Shown: positions 13,201-24,622 of the stretch, piece by piece
Layout: every line of letters begins with the position of its first letter
Numbering within the stretch: the stretch's first letter is position 1
The notes under the pieces: model-generated
The model's database searches: none
Seen by the model: only the letters and a program-made list of their open reading frames with translations
What the model was told of the DNA's origin: nothing
DNA from: Haliotis rufescens
Lineage: Eukaryota
Direction of reading: 5' to 3'
DNA: 64,000 bases
Assembly: GCF_023055435.1 (NCBI RefSeq)
Contig: NW_025964358.1
Coordinates: 744,001-808,000 of the forward strand
Program-made: the position numbers and the translations under genes

Positions 13201-14706
13201 TAGTGGGGCTAGAAATTGTTGATAGCGACATTGTGGGCGTAGATGACGTAGGTGTGGAAGTGATGGTAGTAGAAGTGGTGGGTGAAGAAATAGTGGGGCT
13301 AGAAATTGTTGGTAGCGACATGGTGGATGTAGAAGTCGTAGGTGTGGAGATGGCGGGTGTAGAAGCGGTTGATGAAGAAAAAGTGGGGCTAGAAATTGTA
13401 GGTAGCGACAAGGTGGGTGTAGATGTCGTAGGTGTGGAAGTCGTGAGTGTAGAAGTGGTGGGTGTAAACGTAATGGGCGTAGAAGTTATCGGGGTTGGAG
13501 AGGTGTGTATAGTACTGGTGGATGGTGAAGTGGTTGTGGTTGGTGAAAGATTGTATCCTTTAGGAGTGGATGTATAAGTAGTGGGTGTAGAAATGATGGG
13601 TGTGGAAGTGTTGGGAATAGAAGAGGTGGGCGTAGAAGTTATCGTCGTATGAGAGGTGGGCATGGAGGTTGTATAAGTGGTAGGTGTAAAAGTCGTGGGT
13701 GTGGAAGTGTTGGGAATAAAAGTGGTGGGCGTAGAATTTATCGGCGTAGGAAGGTTGGGTATAGCACCTGTTGGTATGGAGGTTGTTATGGGTGGTGAAA
13801 GATTGTATCCGTTAGGAGTGGGTGTGGAAGTGGTGGGTGTAGAAGTGGTGGATGAAGGGATAGTGGGGCTAGATATTGTTGGTAGCGACATGGTGGATGT
13901 AGATGTCGTAGGTGTGGAAGTGGTGGGTGTAGAAGTGGTGGATGAAGGGATAGTGGGGCTAGAAGTTGTTGGTAGCGACATGGCGGGTGTAGATGTCGTA
14001 GGTGTGGAAGTGGCGGGCGTAGAAGGGTTTGATGAAGAAATAGTTGGTCTAGAAATTGTTGGTAGCGACATGGTGGGTGTAGATGTCGTAGGTGTGGAAG
14101 TGGTGGGTGTAGAAGTGGTCGATGAAGAAATAGTGGGGCTAGAAATTGTTGGTAGCGACATGGTGGGTGTAGATGTCGTAGGTGTGGAAGAGTCGGGTGT
14201 AGAAGTGATGGATGAAGAAATAGTGGGGCTAGAAATCGTTGGTAGCGACATGGTGGGTGTAGATGTCGTAGGTGTGGAAGTGGTGGGTGTAGAAGTGATG
14301 GATGTAGAAATCGTTTGGCCAGAAATTGTTGGTATCGAGGTGGCGCGGGTAGAAGTGGTGGGTTTAGAAATTGTCGGTGTGTAAGTGGGTGGTGTAGAAG
14401 TTATTGGTGTTGAAGTTGTTTGTGTAGAAGTTGAAGGCGTAGGTGTGATGGGTATAGAAGTCTTGATTGTAATTGTGATAAGTGTAGTTGTCGTTGTTTG
14501 TGTTGTTGTTTTTGGTATAGAAATGGGAAGTGTATTAATGGTGAGTGTATAAGCAGTAGGGGTAGTTGTGGTTGGTACAGTAGCGGTGGGTGTGGTAGTG
14601 GTTTGTTTAGTAGTTCTTATTGTTGAAGTGGTAAGCGCAGCTGTGGTCGCTGTTTCCGTGATGGGCGAAGTAATTGTGGCTGTTGAAATTCTTTGTGTCG
14701 TAGAAC
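4210..14706 (-). CDS. giant Thr/Ser/Pro-rich mucin-like repeat exon (~3499 codons)
   Basis: Uninterrupted ORF. Acceptor TTTATTTCTGTTGAAG|GTTCT at 14706 (alternative in-frame CTGCAG at 14766); donor TACG|GTATGC at 4210; 10497 nt is a symmetric phase 1-1 exon. Confidence 0.88.
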
Positions 14707-14894
14707 CTTCAACAGAAATAAATGTGAAATATGATAATGATACAACACTACTGAGTGACACATCAACTGCAGATAAACAGCTATTCCCATGATATTAGAA
14801 CATAACACAGTACTCCTGTTGCAAAGTCCCACAAGAGAGAGTGGATTTGGTTACACGCCCCTTCGAACAATATTTCAGTCATATATGTAATACT

Positions 14895-15715
14895 AGAAGG
14901 GACATTGTCGCATTGTCGCCTTATAAAAACAAGTCATCCAAAGGGCGCCAATGCAACATTTTGGTTATTTGTCGCATTGTCGTGTTGTCGCATTATCACG
15001 CTTTGATTTTTTTTATAATTTCACCAAAGGGCGACACTGCACCATTTTTTCAAGGTCCAAATATGTCCAATTGTCGCTCCAGCAAATGTGTAAAAGAGGC
15101 TTTAAAATGCGCAACAATGCGACATACTGATATTGTCGGATTGTCCCATTGTGGCTCTTTCCGGTTAAAGGTGCGCATGTGTGGAAAGTGCATTAATCTA
15201 CCCATGCACCGAAGTGGTTATACTGCTTTTCAAACATCACAGCGTGTCAGCTTGATGTGGGAGGAAATCCCTTAGTGATGTTTTGTTGTATGTGTATGGT
15301 GCTGGGATTCCAACCCACGATTCACAGTTTTCTTGTACGTCTAGGAGACGCACCTCTGCACAGCGAATTGCGAAATGACAGCAGGGCCAACCGTGTGTGC
15401 CCTCATCGATTTTATGAGGCATTAAATAGAAATGCAAAGTGTTTATTTCTTGCTGCGAAAACACGTTTGGTTTATGAAAAACGACACAGACAATAACGAC
15501 ATATGAACTAATTTCTAACAATGGAAGATTTGTTTCAATTTCGTGAAAAAGCAACCATTTCTCTCCATGCGTAGATTAAATTACTTACAACATATGCTCA
15601 CGATTAATCGAAAAGGGCAATGTGACAGTGCAACATTATCAATATATCGCATTGTCGCGTTGTAGCGCATTTTAACGCCTTTTTACGCATATTTGATGTG
15701 GCGACATTAATATGA
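14895..15715. mobile_element. degenerate foldback/MITE-like element with TTGTCGCA repeats
   Basis: Many TTGTCGCATTGTCG motifs; ~15082-15160 is an imperfect inverted copy of ~15615-15697. Confidence 0.45.
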
Positions 15716-15720
15716 ATATA

Positions 15721-15881
15721 CTGACCCCGAGCCGACCTGTCCTTGTTTTAGCTCCTTATATAATTAATGCTGAGCGCCAGAAAGGGTAACAATAAGTACC
15801 ATCTTTTTTTTTGGTATCACGCGGCTGGAGATCGAACCCCGGACCTTTCGGACGCTCTGCCACTAGACCCCGGAGGCGGTC
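15721..15881 (-). mobile_element. SINE family A, 5' half, degenerate
   Basis: Reverse complement of family A head and central domain. Confidence 0.8.
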
Positions 15882-16241
15882 TTTCACAATTTACACGCAC
15901 CAGTGTTGTGTATGGAAACACAAACAAGATGTCGCATTCACAACCAGTAGAAACAACTTTAAGTTTTTTAATTCTAATTTAATTTGTTTTAAGCTATAGA
16001 TGGACACTGTGCGTGTTTTAAATGGTGTCTTATTTATTTCATTCTGAGAAGAGTAGTATTGAAATATATCTAATCATGGATACTTTATATGTGGGTACTG
16101 TGTGTGTTACGTGTGTTATATACCAAGACAAATGTACTGTATCAAAGTCAATACAAAGTATTTGCCCCTACGAACAATTTGGCATTCCCTTAAAGCCAGG
16201 TTCGTGAAAGGAAGGACCAACTCTTTATACTATGACCATAC

Positions 16242-16299
16242 CTGCTGTCGTTAAAGCCAGTGCAATCAGCAGCGCCATGAGAACAGCCGTGAACCCCAT
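16242..16299 (-). CDS. mucin-like gene, signal-peptide exon (MGFTAVLMALLIALALTTA/G)
   Basis: ATG at 16299, hydrophobic core, donor CAG|GTATGG in phase 1 matching the big exon; upstream acceptor TTTCAG| at 16313 implies a 5' UTR exon (candidate donor CAG|GTAAG at 17631). Confidence 0.8.
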
Positions 16300-16380
16300 T
16301 CTGCATTAAACTTCTGAAATGAAAGCCACGGTGTTATTCAACCTTCAAGGTTATGTTAAGGTCTATATACATGTTATTAA

Positions 16381-16472
16381 AGGATTGAAGTTGTATTTGT
16401 TGACGTTCATCATCTGATCAAATTCCATGATGCGCGAAGCTGATGAACGTCGACAAATACAACTTCAATCCT
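16381..16472. repeat. inverted repeat, 32-bp arms with 28-nt spacer
   Basis: AGGATTGAAGTTGTATTTGTTGACGTTCATCA ... TGATGAACGTCGACAAATACAACTTCAATCCT (1 mismatch). Confidence 0.9.
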
Positions 16473-18409
16473 TATATTGACAGATACATAAAGCCTAACA
16501 AAACAATCGATTAAACTTCAAATTATAATTATTCAAAGCGAACAATATCAACGCGGAGAGACGTGACGTCGTGACGTCATCCGTCCCAAACATTCCATTT
16601 GGAGTGACATCGCTTGCTTTTACAAACAGCAGAAAGATGGCGGCTATGGCAATGTCATTCACTTGAAATACAAGTTGCCTCCTGTAAAGTTTGCGTTGGG
16701 AAGAAATCCAGACCTGGATGATGCTGAAAATGGATTGCTATTAACGTTCTGTGAACTTTGGGTGTGTGTTTGAGTCATACCACGGCTGCTGGTGACGGGG
16801 GTTACCGCCTGAGGCGGCGCGGTTGGATTTCCCGAAGCAATTCATGACAGTGTGGTGCTCGCAGATTTCTTTTGTTAAGCTGAGCACTCTCTGTTTTAGC
16901 TGTGATACATACATGATTGGCCTGACGTACCGATTCTAAGAGATTTTCATTTGATTTTAATTCTTAATTCGGGTAGGCAATTTTAAAATGTTTTTTTTTT
17001 CACTTCAGGACGCCTATCATTTCAATTTAGAACTCAGATTTGCTTAGGCGCTTTTTTTCATCGTAGTTGGTCTTAATAAGTAAGTTCACAGATTAACTGC
17101 AATTGGTCATTATATTCCCTTTTATATTATTGCAATAAATAAATGTTGTTATGAAAATAAACATGATCGTCATCATCCTAACTTCGAGCATTGAATCTTT
17201 TGAAAATATTACACTTAACCGATGATGTATCACTTTGCACTTCATAAAGACATATTGTGTTACAGTTAGACAGTTATTGTGGGACAATTACAACACAGTG
17301 CTAACAAAACTAACCATGTTAGTTAGCCTCAAGTCAAAGTGTTGATATGAAATTCACAAGGTTTATTAAAACGTGAAATTCAAAACACATTTAGTAGGTT
17401 TATGCCCTCCATTAGTTAGAGGTTTTTTTTGTAAATTGTATGTAAATATACAAGATCTCTTATTTGAAATTTGAGTAGAAGTTTCAACATTACTATGTGA
17501 TCAAACTTAGGCCAGCATATCTCAGCATTACATAATTATTATAAGTAATGAATAATATAAGTAATGAAAATCTTGCTTAAATTGACATTATTGTTAAAAG
17601 CACACTACTAACACGCTATGACCGTCTTACCTGAAGCAGCTATTCTCCATGTCTATGACAATTCAATTTCTAACACTGAACAAATAGACACTGCGATGGG
17701 CTGACTGTGACATAAACAAATCATTATCAAATTTGGTGGGCTGGTTACCGAGTTATGTTAAAATCACGAGTTATGGGTGTGTCACAGGTCTATATCTATT
17801 AGTTGGGATAAAATGACATGCATCAACCAAGTCAGCGATCATTATCAGCGGATCCCGTTAATCGACTCTTACGACAATCTCCAAGATTATGACTATTTGT
17901 ATATTTGAAATTTGTAATACGTAACACCGTAATTTGAAAATCTTCGAACATCGCTAAGTCACGGACTGTTTCAGCTTCCTGCCTGTACATTTACATAAAG
18001 AGACAACTTTTAAAGGTAATAAAACACCACAAAACTAGTTATATTAGGGTAACATCAGTCACAGCAAAATATATTCGGTTCAGTTTAATCCCAAGTGTAT
18101 TGTGGAGCGGACATAACACATAGCCAAAGTTCTTTGTGGGTGGTTTGTGTCAGTTGAGATGTTTCTGTTGCGACTTAGTATTCCACCACAACTGTTAGCA
18201 GACTGCAGCATCTGCATGCCATGTCGTGGATGCACTACATGACACCGTAACCAGCAACTGCAACTGACGTCAACGACAGTTTGGGACGTGAAATGACGTC
18301 GCCGTTGGGCGAACATGGCGGATGAAGTGCACATGAACAACGTCGTAATGTTTGAATACAGGATGTTGTTAAATGTCCAACGGTGAATAAAAAGTTTTAT
18401 GTTTTTTGC

Positions 18410-18863
18410 TTATTTGTTTTTTGACGCCGCACTAGGCACTATTCCAGCTATATGACGGCGGTCTGTAATTATTCGAGTCTGGAACAAGACATCCAATGTT
18501 TGACATCATGAACATCGATCCTTGCAATTGGGATATAACGACATTCATCAAGCAAGTCAGCGAGCCTGACCACCCGAACCAGTTAGTCGCCTCTTATCAC
18601 AAGGATAATCTTTTACGGCAAGCATGGGTTGGTGAAGACCTATTCTTCCCAACATCTTCACGGGGAGACAAGCATGGGTTGGTGAAGACCTATTCTACCC
18701 CGGATCTTCACGTGGAGGCAAGCATGGGTTGGTGAAGACCTATTCTACCCCGGATCTTCACGTGGAGGCAAGCATGGGTTGGTGAAGACCTATTCTACCC
18801 CGGATCTTCACGTGGAGGCAAGCATGGGTTGGTGAAGACCCATACTACCCGGATCTTCACGTG
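18410..18863 (-). mobile_element. SINE-like family B copy with five tandem 50-bp copies of its 5' end
   Basis: AGCATGGGTTGGTGAAGACC at 18621, 18671, 18721, 18771, 18821. Confidence 0.88.
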
Positions 18864-18914
18864 TTGAATAAAAGGTGTGCATGTGGGACTTTTTTCAAGG
18901 ACTACTCATTTCTG

Positions 18915-19760
18915 CTGTCAGAGAGAGATGTTATTCCTCGGGCACCGCTGCTGTGCAGCTGCTGTTGCAAAAACACAGTGGTTTGTATATGTTTGTGATA
19001 ACCCCACAGCATGATACATGATTGCCAATAATCCCAGGCAATAATATTCCAGAAGAGAAGACAGACGTTGTTCAGACACTGATGAAAGGTTAATGAACAC
19101 TGGGCCCGATCATACCCCTATCTCACATATGTCGTAGTCGTCAGTTTGGCAGGCTTATGTTTGCACGTAGACCTCTCCGATCCCGACTTTTCTGTTGTGC
19201 CATTTGCCATTGTGGAAGTAGTCTTGTGTTTGTCCGTTACCATGTAGATAATTCCTTGGTCGGTGTCACCTGGCTGGCGCTGAGGCTTGAACTGGCGATC
19301 AGAGATGATAAGAATTCCGTTCTTATAGTTGCCGAATTTCCCCTGTTCCTTCAAGTCGTGTAGTTTTCTCCTTTGCCGTTTCAACAGGTCATTTGCCACC
19401 CCTAGTGTCTTGCTGCTACTGGGCCGTACACTTCCTAGCCTATGTGCTGCAGCTAGTGCCTGGGGCGTGATAGCTCCTCGTTTCCTTAAGCACAATTGTT
19501 CAATGTATCGCACACATACTGTTTACATGCTTATCCAGTTTCATCACACTTTTAAGGCAAGCCATTGATAACCACATTATGCCGTCTATTTTAGTGTTCT
19601 TGTTTGTCCATATCATTTTCAAGCTGGCTAAGTCTCCTGCTGATTGCAGATAACCGACATGATCTAGACTTTCAATACAGGTTTCCACCTTTTCTAATCG
19701 TTCTTCCATGTGATCAACATCAAGCTGATGTATTTCCTATTTTGATTTGGGATCTTCCGA
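18915..19760 (-). mobile_element. degenerate LINE 5' region (ORF1-like coiled coil/RRM, possible start of endonuclease)
   Basis: MEERLEKVETCIESLD.., AAAHRLG, GVANDL..RQRRKL..LKEQGK....KNGILII are typical of CR1/L2-type ORF1; frameshifted. Confidence 0.55.
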
Positions 19761-20297
19761 ACTAGTTTGTATTTTACTGACCTTTATGTTCAGTTTGCTA
19801 GTCTCTGCTTGCTAGTCGAAAAATTGTATTAAATACTATTCATTACACCCAGTGGTCGTTAGTGGGACCACACCCCTCGCCGTCAGTGTGTCGCTAACCA
19901 GATGGATAGAAGGTCGTGCCCAGATTATTAGTCGCACACAATACCCAGAATCGTTATCGGTTAGAAAGTTCTTTTTTAATAATTTTATTTTTCCCGGTTG
20001 TATTTAACACGATCGCACAGTTCCCTGCTATACAAAGAAGATTTCAGTGATGTGATTCTTTTATCCATTCTTGCTTGCTGTGTAGTTGGACATTGTACTT
20101 TGTGAGCTTCTTCTGCAAGTGTTTCTTCTGAATGTTTTGTGTCTGAATATCAGACAGTTGCACAAGATTACGAACTGGTTCAGAATTTGGTAATTTATGT
20201 GGGTCCTGTGAGCACACTATTTACATCAAGTTGAACTGTCACCTGTCATTATTGTTACAACCAGCCCCAAGAGAGAGCTCAGGTTGTTACAAATACC

Positions 20298-20566
20298 AGG
20301 TGAGGTGAAGGTGAGGTGAGGCGAGGTTTAACGTCGCGTCCAAGATTATTACCGACGTGCATGCACGTGTGTGTGTTTTGCTGCTTGTACTAGTCCGGAC
20401 TGATGCCGATTTATAGTGCTAACCCACTGAGATACCATGCCGCAGTTTAACATGAATACCCCACTCAGACACAGTATACTGACTCTGAGCCGACCAGTCC
20501 TTGTTTTAGCCCCTTAAAGCCGAGCGCCAGACAGGGTAACAACAAGTACCATCTTTTAACGTCTTT
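20298..20566 (-). mobile_element. SINE family A, 5'-truncated
   Basis: Reverse complement of body and tail. Confidence 0.88.
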
Positions 20567-20782
20567 AGGTTACAGTACCAGAATAAACGTTCAAGAGTTT
20601 CAATTTGGTCATTACAGTAGCTTCATAATTTGTAACTTATTTGTAACTTATTTGTTGGTAAAATACGACAGAGAACTAAATACGGAAACCATTGCAAATG
20701 CGCATTAATAAGATATTTCTATGTAATCGAAGTGTTGAATCCCTGGGAGGTCGGGGACACGGGGACACAGGAATGTATGTAA

Positions 20783-21202
20783 TAGGGCTGGGACGAGTCC
20801 AAATTAATACCCGGGTACCCACCACTCTATTACCCGACCCAACCCGGATACCCGCTATATGTCTCAAGACTTGGGTATAAAAAGTCCGATTGGGAATAGT
20901 TTGACCGTAGCCCTGGTAAAATGTATTTAGAAACACGTATAAAACGATCAGGTCATGCATACACTGAAGTTGACCGAAGTTTTATCTTTATTCAAACCTA
21001 CAAAGGACAGAAGGAATGGGTGCATAGTAAGAAAGAAATGCGAACAATACTGACTTGTCGTGTAACCATAGAGTTTTGGATATTTTTTATCAATAAACAA
21101 TATATCACATGACTGACCACGGGTCCGGGTAGTCCTGTGGGTACCCGGGTCCTACTCAGTACCAACCCGACCCAAGTACCTGAGTTACCCGTCCCAGCCC
21201 TA
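20783..21202. mobile_element. hAT-like MITE
   Basis: TIRs TAGGGCTGGGACG / CGTCCCAGCCCTA and subterminal ACCCG/CGGGT repeats; no 8-bp TSD visible. Confidence 0.65.
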
Positions 21203-21539
21203 ATCCGGAAACATAAATTTAATTATATGTGTGCTCAGAACTAAGCAAGTACTCGTTCACCTATCTGACAAAACTCAATCAGGGTGGTTCTCTACCTATC
21301 ATTGTTTACACAGAAAACTAAAGTAGACGTAAGAGCCTCCGAAAAAATCAATAAATTCTGGGTGTTGTCATTTCATGATGCATCACATTGGACCTCCCTG
21401 AGCGCAAGTATGATAAGACCGTACAACAGTAGTCGGGGGGGGGGGGGGGGGGGGGGGGGCAAGCAACGTCACGGGTATACGGGGAGTTAACACAATTACA
21501 ATTGATCTACGACATCATAAGCGAAAGCTTTAACACTTC

Positions 21540-21746
21540 TAGACCACCCTGTCACCCCAAGGATTGTGGGTTCGAATCCCAGTTCGACCCGATTATGTTT
21601 CTAGGTGTGTCAGCACCACGCCAGTGCTCGTAGGTTTCACCAAAGTGGTAAACGTCTGAGTGGTAAACGCATCACTCCGATCTTTCCTCCTCATATAAGG
21701 CTGACTCGCCTTGGTAACTGGAATATTGTTATGAAAACTCAACTCT
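21540..21746 (+). mobile_element. SINE family D
   Basis: GATTGTGGGTTCGAATCCC and body homologous to 2260-2517. Confidence 0.75.
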
Positions 21747-21760
21747 CTCACAAACTCATC

Positions 21761-21927
21761 CGGGGGTGGTGGGGTAGCCTAGTGGTTAACGCGTTCGCTC
21801 ATCATGTCGAAGACCCGGGTTCGATTCCCCACATGGGTACAATGTGTGAATCCCATTTCTGGTGTCTCCCGACGTGATACTGCTGGGACATTTCTAACAG
21901 CGGCGGAAAACCATACTCACTCACTCA
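21761..21927 (+). mobile_element. short tRNA-derived SINE, family C, inserted in the tail of family D
   Basis: A box TAGCCTAGTGG, B box GGTTCGATTCC, (ACTC)n tail; TSD CTCACAAACTCATC at 21747-21760 and 21928-21941. Confidence 0.88.
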
Positions 21928-22145
21928 CTCACAAACTCATCTAGTAATGTTGTTCAAACATGCTTGCTTTGTTTGCTGTATAGCAACTCAACATGACGTC
22001 GGTCTGATAAAAATCGAGTCGGGGCCAGACAATCTTCTTTTATATTGGCATCATGAGCATCGATCTAGGCAATTGGAGTACGATATATCATGCATCAACC
22101 AAGTCAGGGAGACTGACTACCTGATCCCGTTGGATTGATACTCAT

Positions 22146-22408
22146 CCCGTGAAGATTCCGGGGTAGAATAGGTCTTCAGCAACCCATGCTTGCCGTAAAA
22201 GGCGACTTTGCTTGTCGTAAAAGGCGACTAACGGGATCGGGTGGTCAGGCTCGCTGACTTGGTTGATGCATGTCATCGATCCCGATTGCGTGGATCGATG
22301 CTCATGATATTAATCACTGGATTGTCTGGTCAAGACTCGATTATTTACAGACCGCCGTCATATAGCTGGAATATTGCTGAGTGCGGCGTTAAACAACAAA
22401 CCAACCAA
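22146..22408 (+). mobile_element. SINE-like family B, full length
   Basis: CCCGTGAAGAT..CCATGCTTG..GGCGACTAACGGGATCGGGTGGTCAGG..GCTGGAATATTGCTGAGTGCGGCGTTAAACAAC; flanked by further degenerate copies (21960-22140, 22410-22480, 22770-22960). Confidence 0.9.
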
Positions 22409-22963
22409 TCATGATGTCAATCACTGGATTATCTTGTCCAGACTCGATTATTTACACACCGTCGTCATGTAACTTGAAAAAAACCTTTACATCGCAGTTA
22501 AAATACGACTCGTAACCAGGCAAGCAAAGTTATCCATTGGACATCAAATGGTACGTCCTTAACCTTGGTGTCAGTGTCCTTGACCTGCATCCCGGTCAAA
22601 CGAGAGCTGTACAATATCAGTACACAGTGACAGAGAAAGTGAGCGTAATGTGCGTTTTTCATAATAGTAAATGAATATTGCATCAACACGTCTGCAGCTA
22701 TTCGCAGCGAGTTTTTCATAATAACAAAATACGAATCCCGCACAGCTATTTAAAATGAAATTGACATTAAACCCGTGAGATTCCGAGAAATCTATGCAAG
22801 TCGTAAGAGGCAAGAAAATGGATCGGGTCGACAGACTCGGTGACTTTGGTGATTGTGTGCCACTGTCGTTACTGACAATATCGATCAATGGCTTGTCTGG
22901 TCCAGTCTCGAATATTTACAGACGTCAGGTATTTTGCTGGAGGGATGTGTTAACAAACTAGCA

Positions 22964-23020
22964 AGGTGTGGTGAAATTGTGTTTAACGTCGTGTTCAAGA
23001 TTATTGCATCTATTACAGCG

Positions 23021-23079
<59 letters not shown>

Positions 23080-23262
23080 GTTTGTTTGTACTAGACCAGA
23101 CTAGTGCTGATTTTATAGTGCTAGCCCACTTAGGTACCATGAGGCAGTTTGATATGGATACCCCACTCAGACACAGTATACTGATTTCCAAACGCCAGGC
23201 AGGATAACAACAAGTACCGTCTTTTAACGTCTTTTGAAATGACTCTACTGGGGATCGACTCC
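22964..23262 (-). mobile_element. SINE family A with long (TG)n
   Basis: Reverse complement of body and tail. Confidence 0.85.
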
Positions 23263-23277
23263 ATGATCATGATCAGT

Positions 23278-24622
23278 TAACAGAGGTGTCAAGCAAGGAT
23301 GTATACTAACGCCTATCCTTTTCAACTTAATCAACTTTCAACCTTTTCGACTTAAACGAGATGATCAATGCCCTGGAGATCGGAGTGAACGTAGATGGGG
23401 AGACTGTAGGCATTCTGGCTTATGCAGATGATATCGTTCTGCTTGTTTGTACAGAGGCAGACCTGTACACTATGCTATCAACTTTAAACGTATGGCTGAA
23501 GAAGAACAACATGGCTATAAACCCCGAAAAATGAAAGATTATTCATTTCCGAAATCCCTCAATCCCAACTGTGGTGATATCAACATAGAAGTCACCGACT
23601 GCTACCAATACCTGGAGTTCTTTTAACAGAACATCTCGACTACAGTTTAACGGCAGCAACTAAATCAGTTGGCAGAGCCCTGGACCTTTTAATTAGCAAA
23701 TTCAAGTTATTGGAGGAATGCCTTTTAACGTGTTTACTAAACTTTATGATACAATGGTGTGGTCGATATTTGAGCACAGTGCTGCTGTGTTGGGGACAAC
23801 AAACTACAACTGTGTAAATGCCCTCCAGAACTGAGCTATGAGATTTTACATGGGACTCGGGAAATACGCCCCTAATGCTGCGATCTGTGGTGAAATTGGA
23901 TGGAAACCGCCTATTGTCCGTCAGTGGCCAAGCATCCTCCGTCACTTGTCAAGGCAAATTAACTCGCCAGATATTCGTCTTAATAGACGAGACCGCATCC
24001 GTGGTCTAGTGGTAGAGCGTCCGACCGGAGAGCGGAAAGTCCGGGGTTCGATCCCCGGCCGCGTTAACCAAAAGACGTTAAAATATGGTACTTGTTGTTA
24101 CCCTGTTTGGCGCTCGGCATTAAGGGACTAAAACAAGGAATTGACGGCTCGGAGTCAGTATACTGTGTCTGAGTGGGATATTCATGTTAAAATGCGGCAT
24201 GGTATCTCAGTGAGCTAGCACTATAAATCGGCATCAGTCCGGACTAGTACAAGCAGCCACACAAACACATACACGTATATGCACGTCGCTACATAAGTGT
24301 AATAATCTTGGACGCGACCTTAAACCCCATTTCACCTCACCTCACCTTAATAGACGAATATTTAACTGGGCTTGCTCCGTCGCGGCTAAAAAGAAGAAAA
24401 ACTGGAATTTCAGATGTAGATCAACGCTAACTGACAAGGACCTTATCTTTCACGTTGCCCAAACCTGCCAAAGAATTTTATTTATTTGTCTTCACTAAAG
24501 GTATATAGTCCCTCATAATCCGCTGGGTGATTGGTCATGGTTTTATTTGTCATGTAAGTTATACTATGTTTTATCAACTGTACCATGAGTGAGACTTAAA
24601 TAAACAATTCTGTCTGTCCGTC
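23278..24622 (+). mobile_element. 5'-truncated, degenerate non-LTR retrotransposon (CR1/L2-group) reverse transcriptase and 3' end
   Basis: RGVKQGCILTPILFN, GILAYADDIVLL, GLGKYAPNAAICGEIGW, DIRLNRR/IFNWA; stops and frameshifts; AATAAA plus (CTGT)n tail near 24600. Confidence 0.85.
23991..24345 (+). mobile_element. SINE family A nested in the LINE
   Basis: TSD CTTAATAGACGA at 23979-23990 and 24346-24357. Confidence 0.93.

Noticed and set aside
4263-14384. Series of plus-strand Val/Gly/Glu/Asp-rich ORFs of 130-380 aa
   Set aside because: Antisense shadows of the T/S/P mucin codons, broken by a stop at each recurrence of the same motif; the minus frame is open for 10.6 kb with matching splice sites
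3417-14706. Abalone VERL / ZP-domain egg-coat protein
   Set aside because: No Cys-containing ZP-N repeats or ZP module are visible
4127-14761. ORF-track start and stop as the true protein termini
   Set aside because: The start is GTG without a signal peptide and the end runs into a MITE; splice sites at 14706 (or 14766) and 4210 explain the boundaries better
14780-14815. Acceptor GCAACAG as start of the big mucin exon
   Set aside because: Phase-1 reading hits TAG after 11 codons (GVLCYVLISWE*)
21435-21459. Poly-G run as a regulatory G-quadruplex
   Set aside because: Isolated homopolymer among repeats, length unreliable, no contextual support
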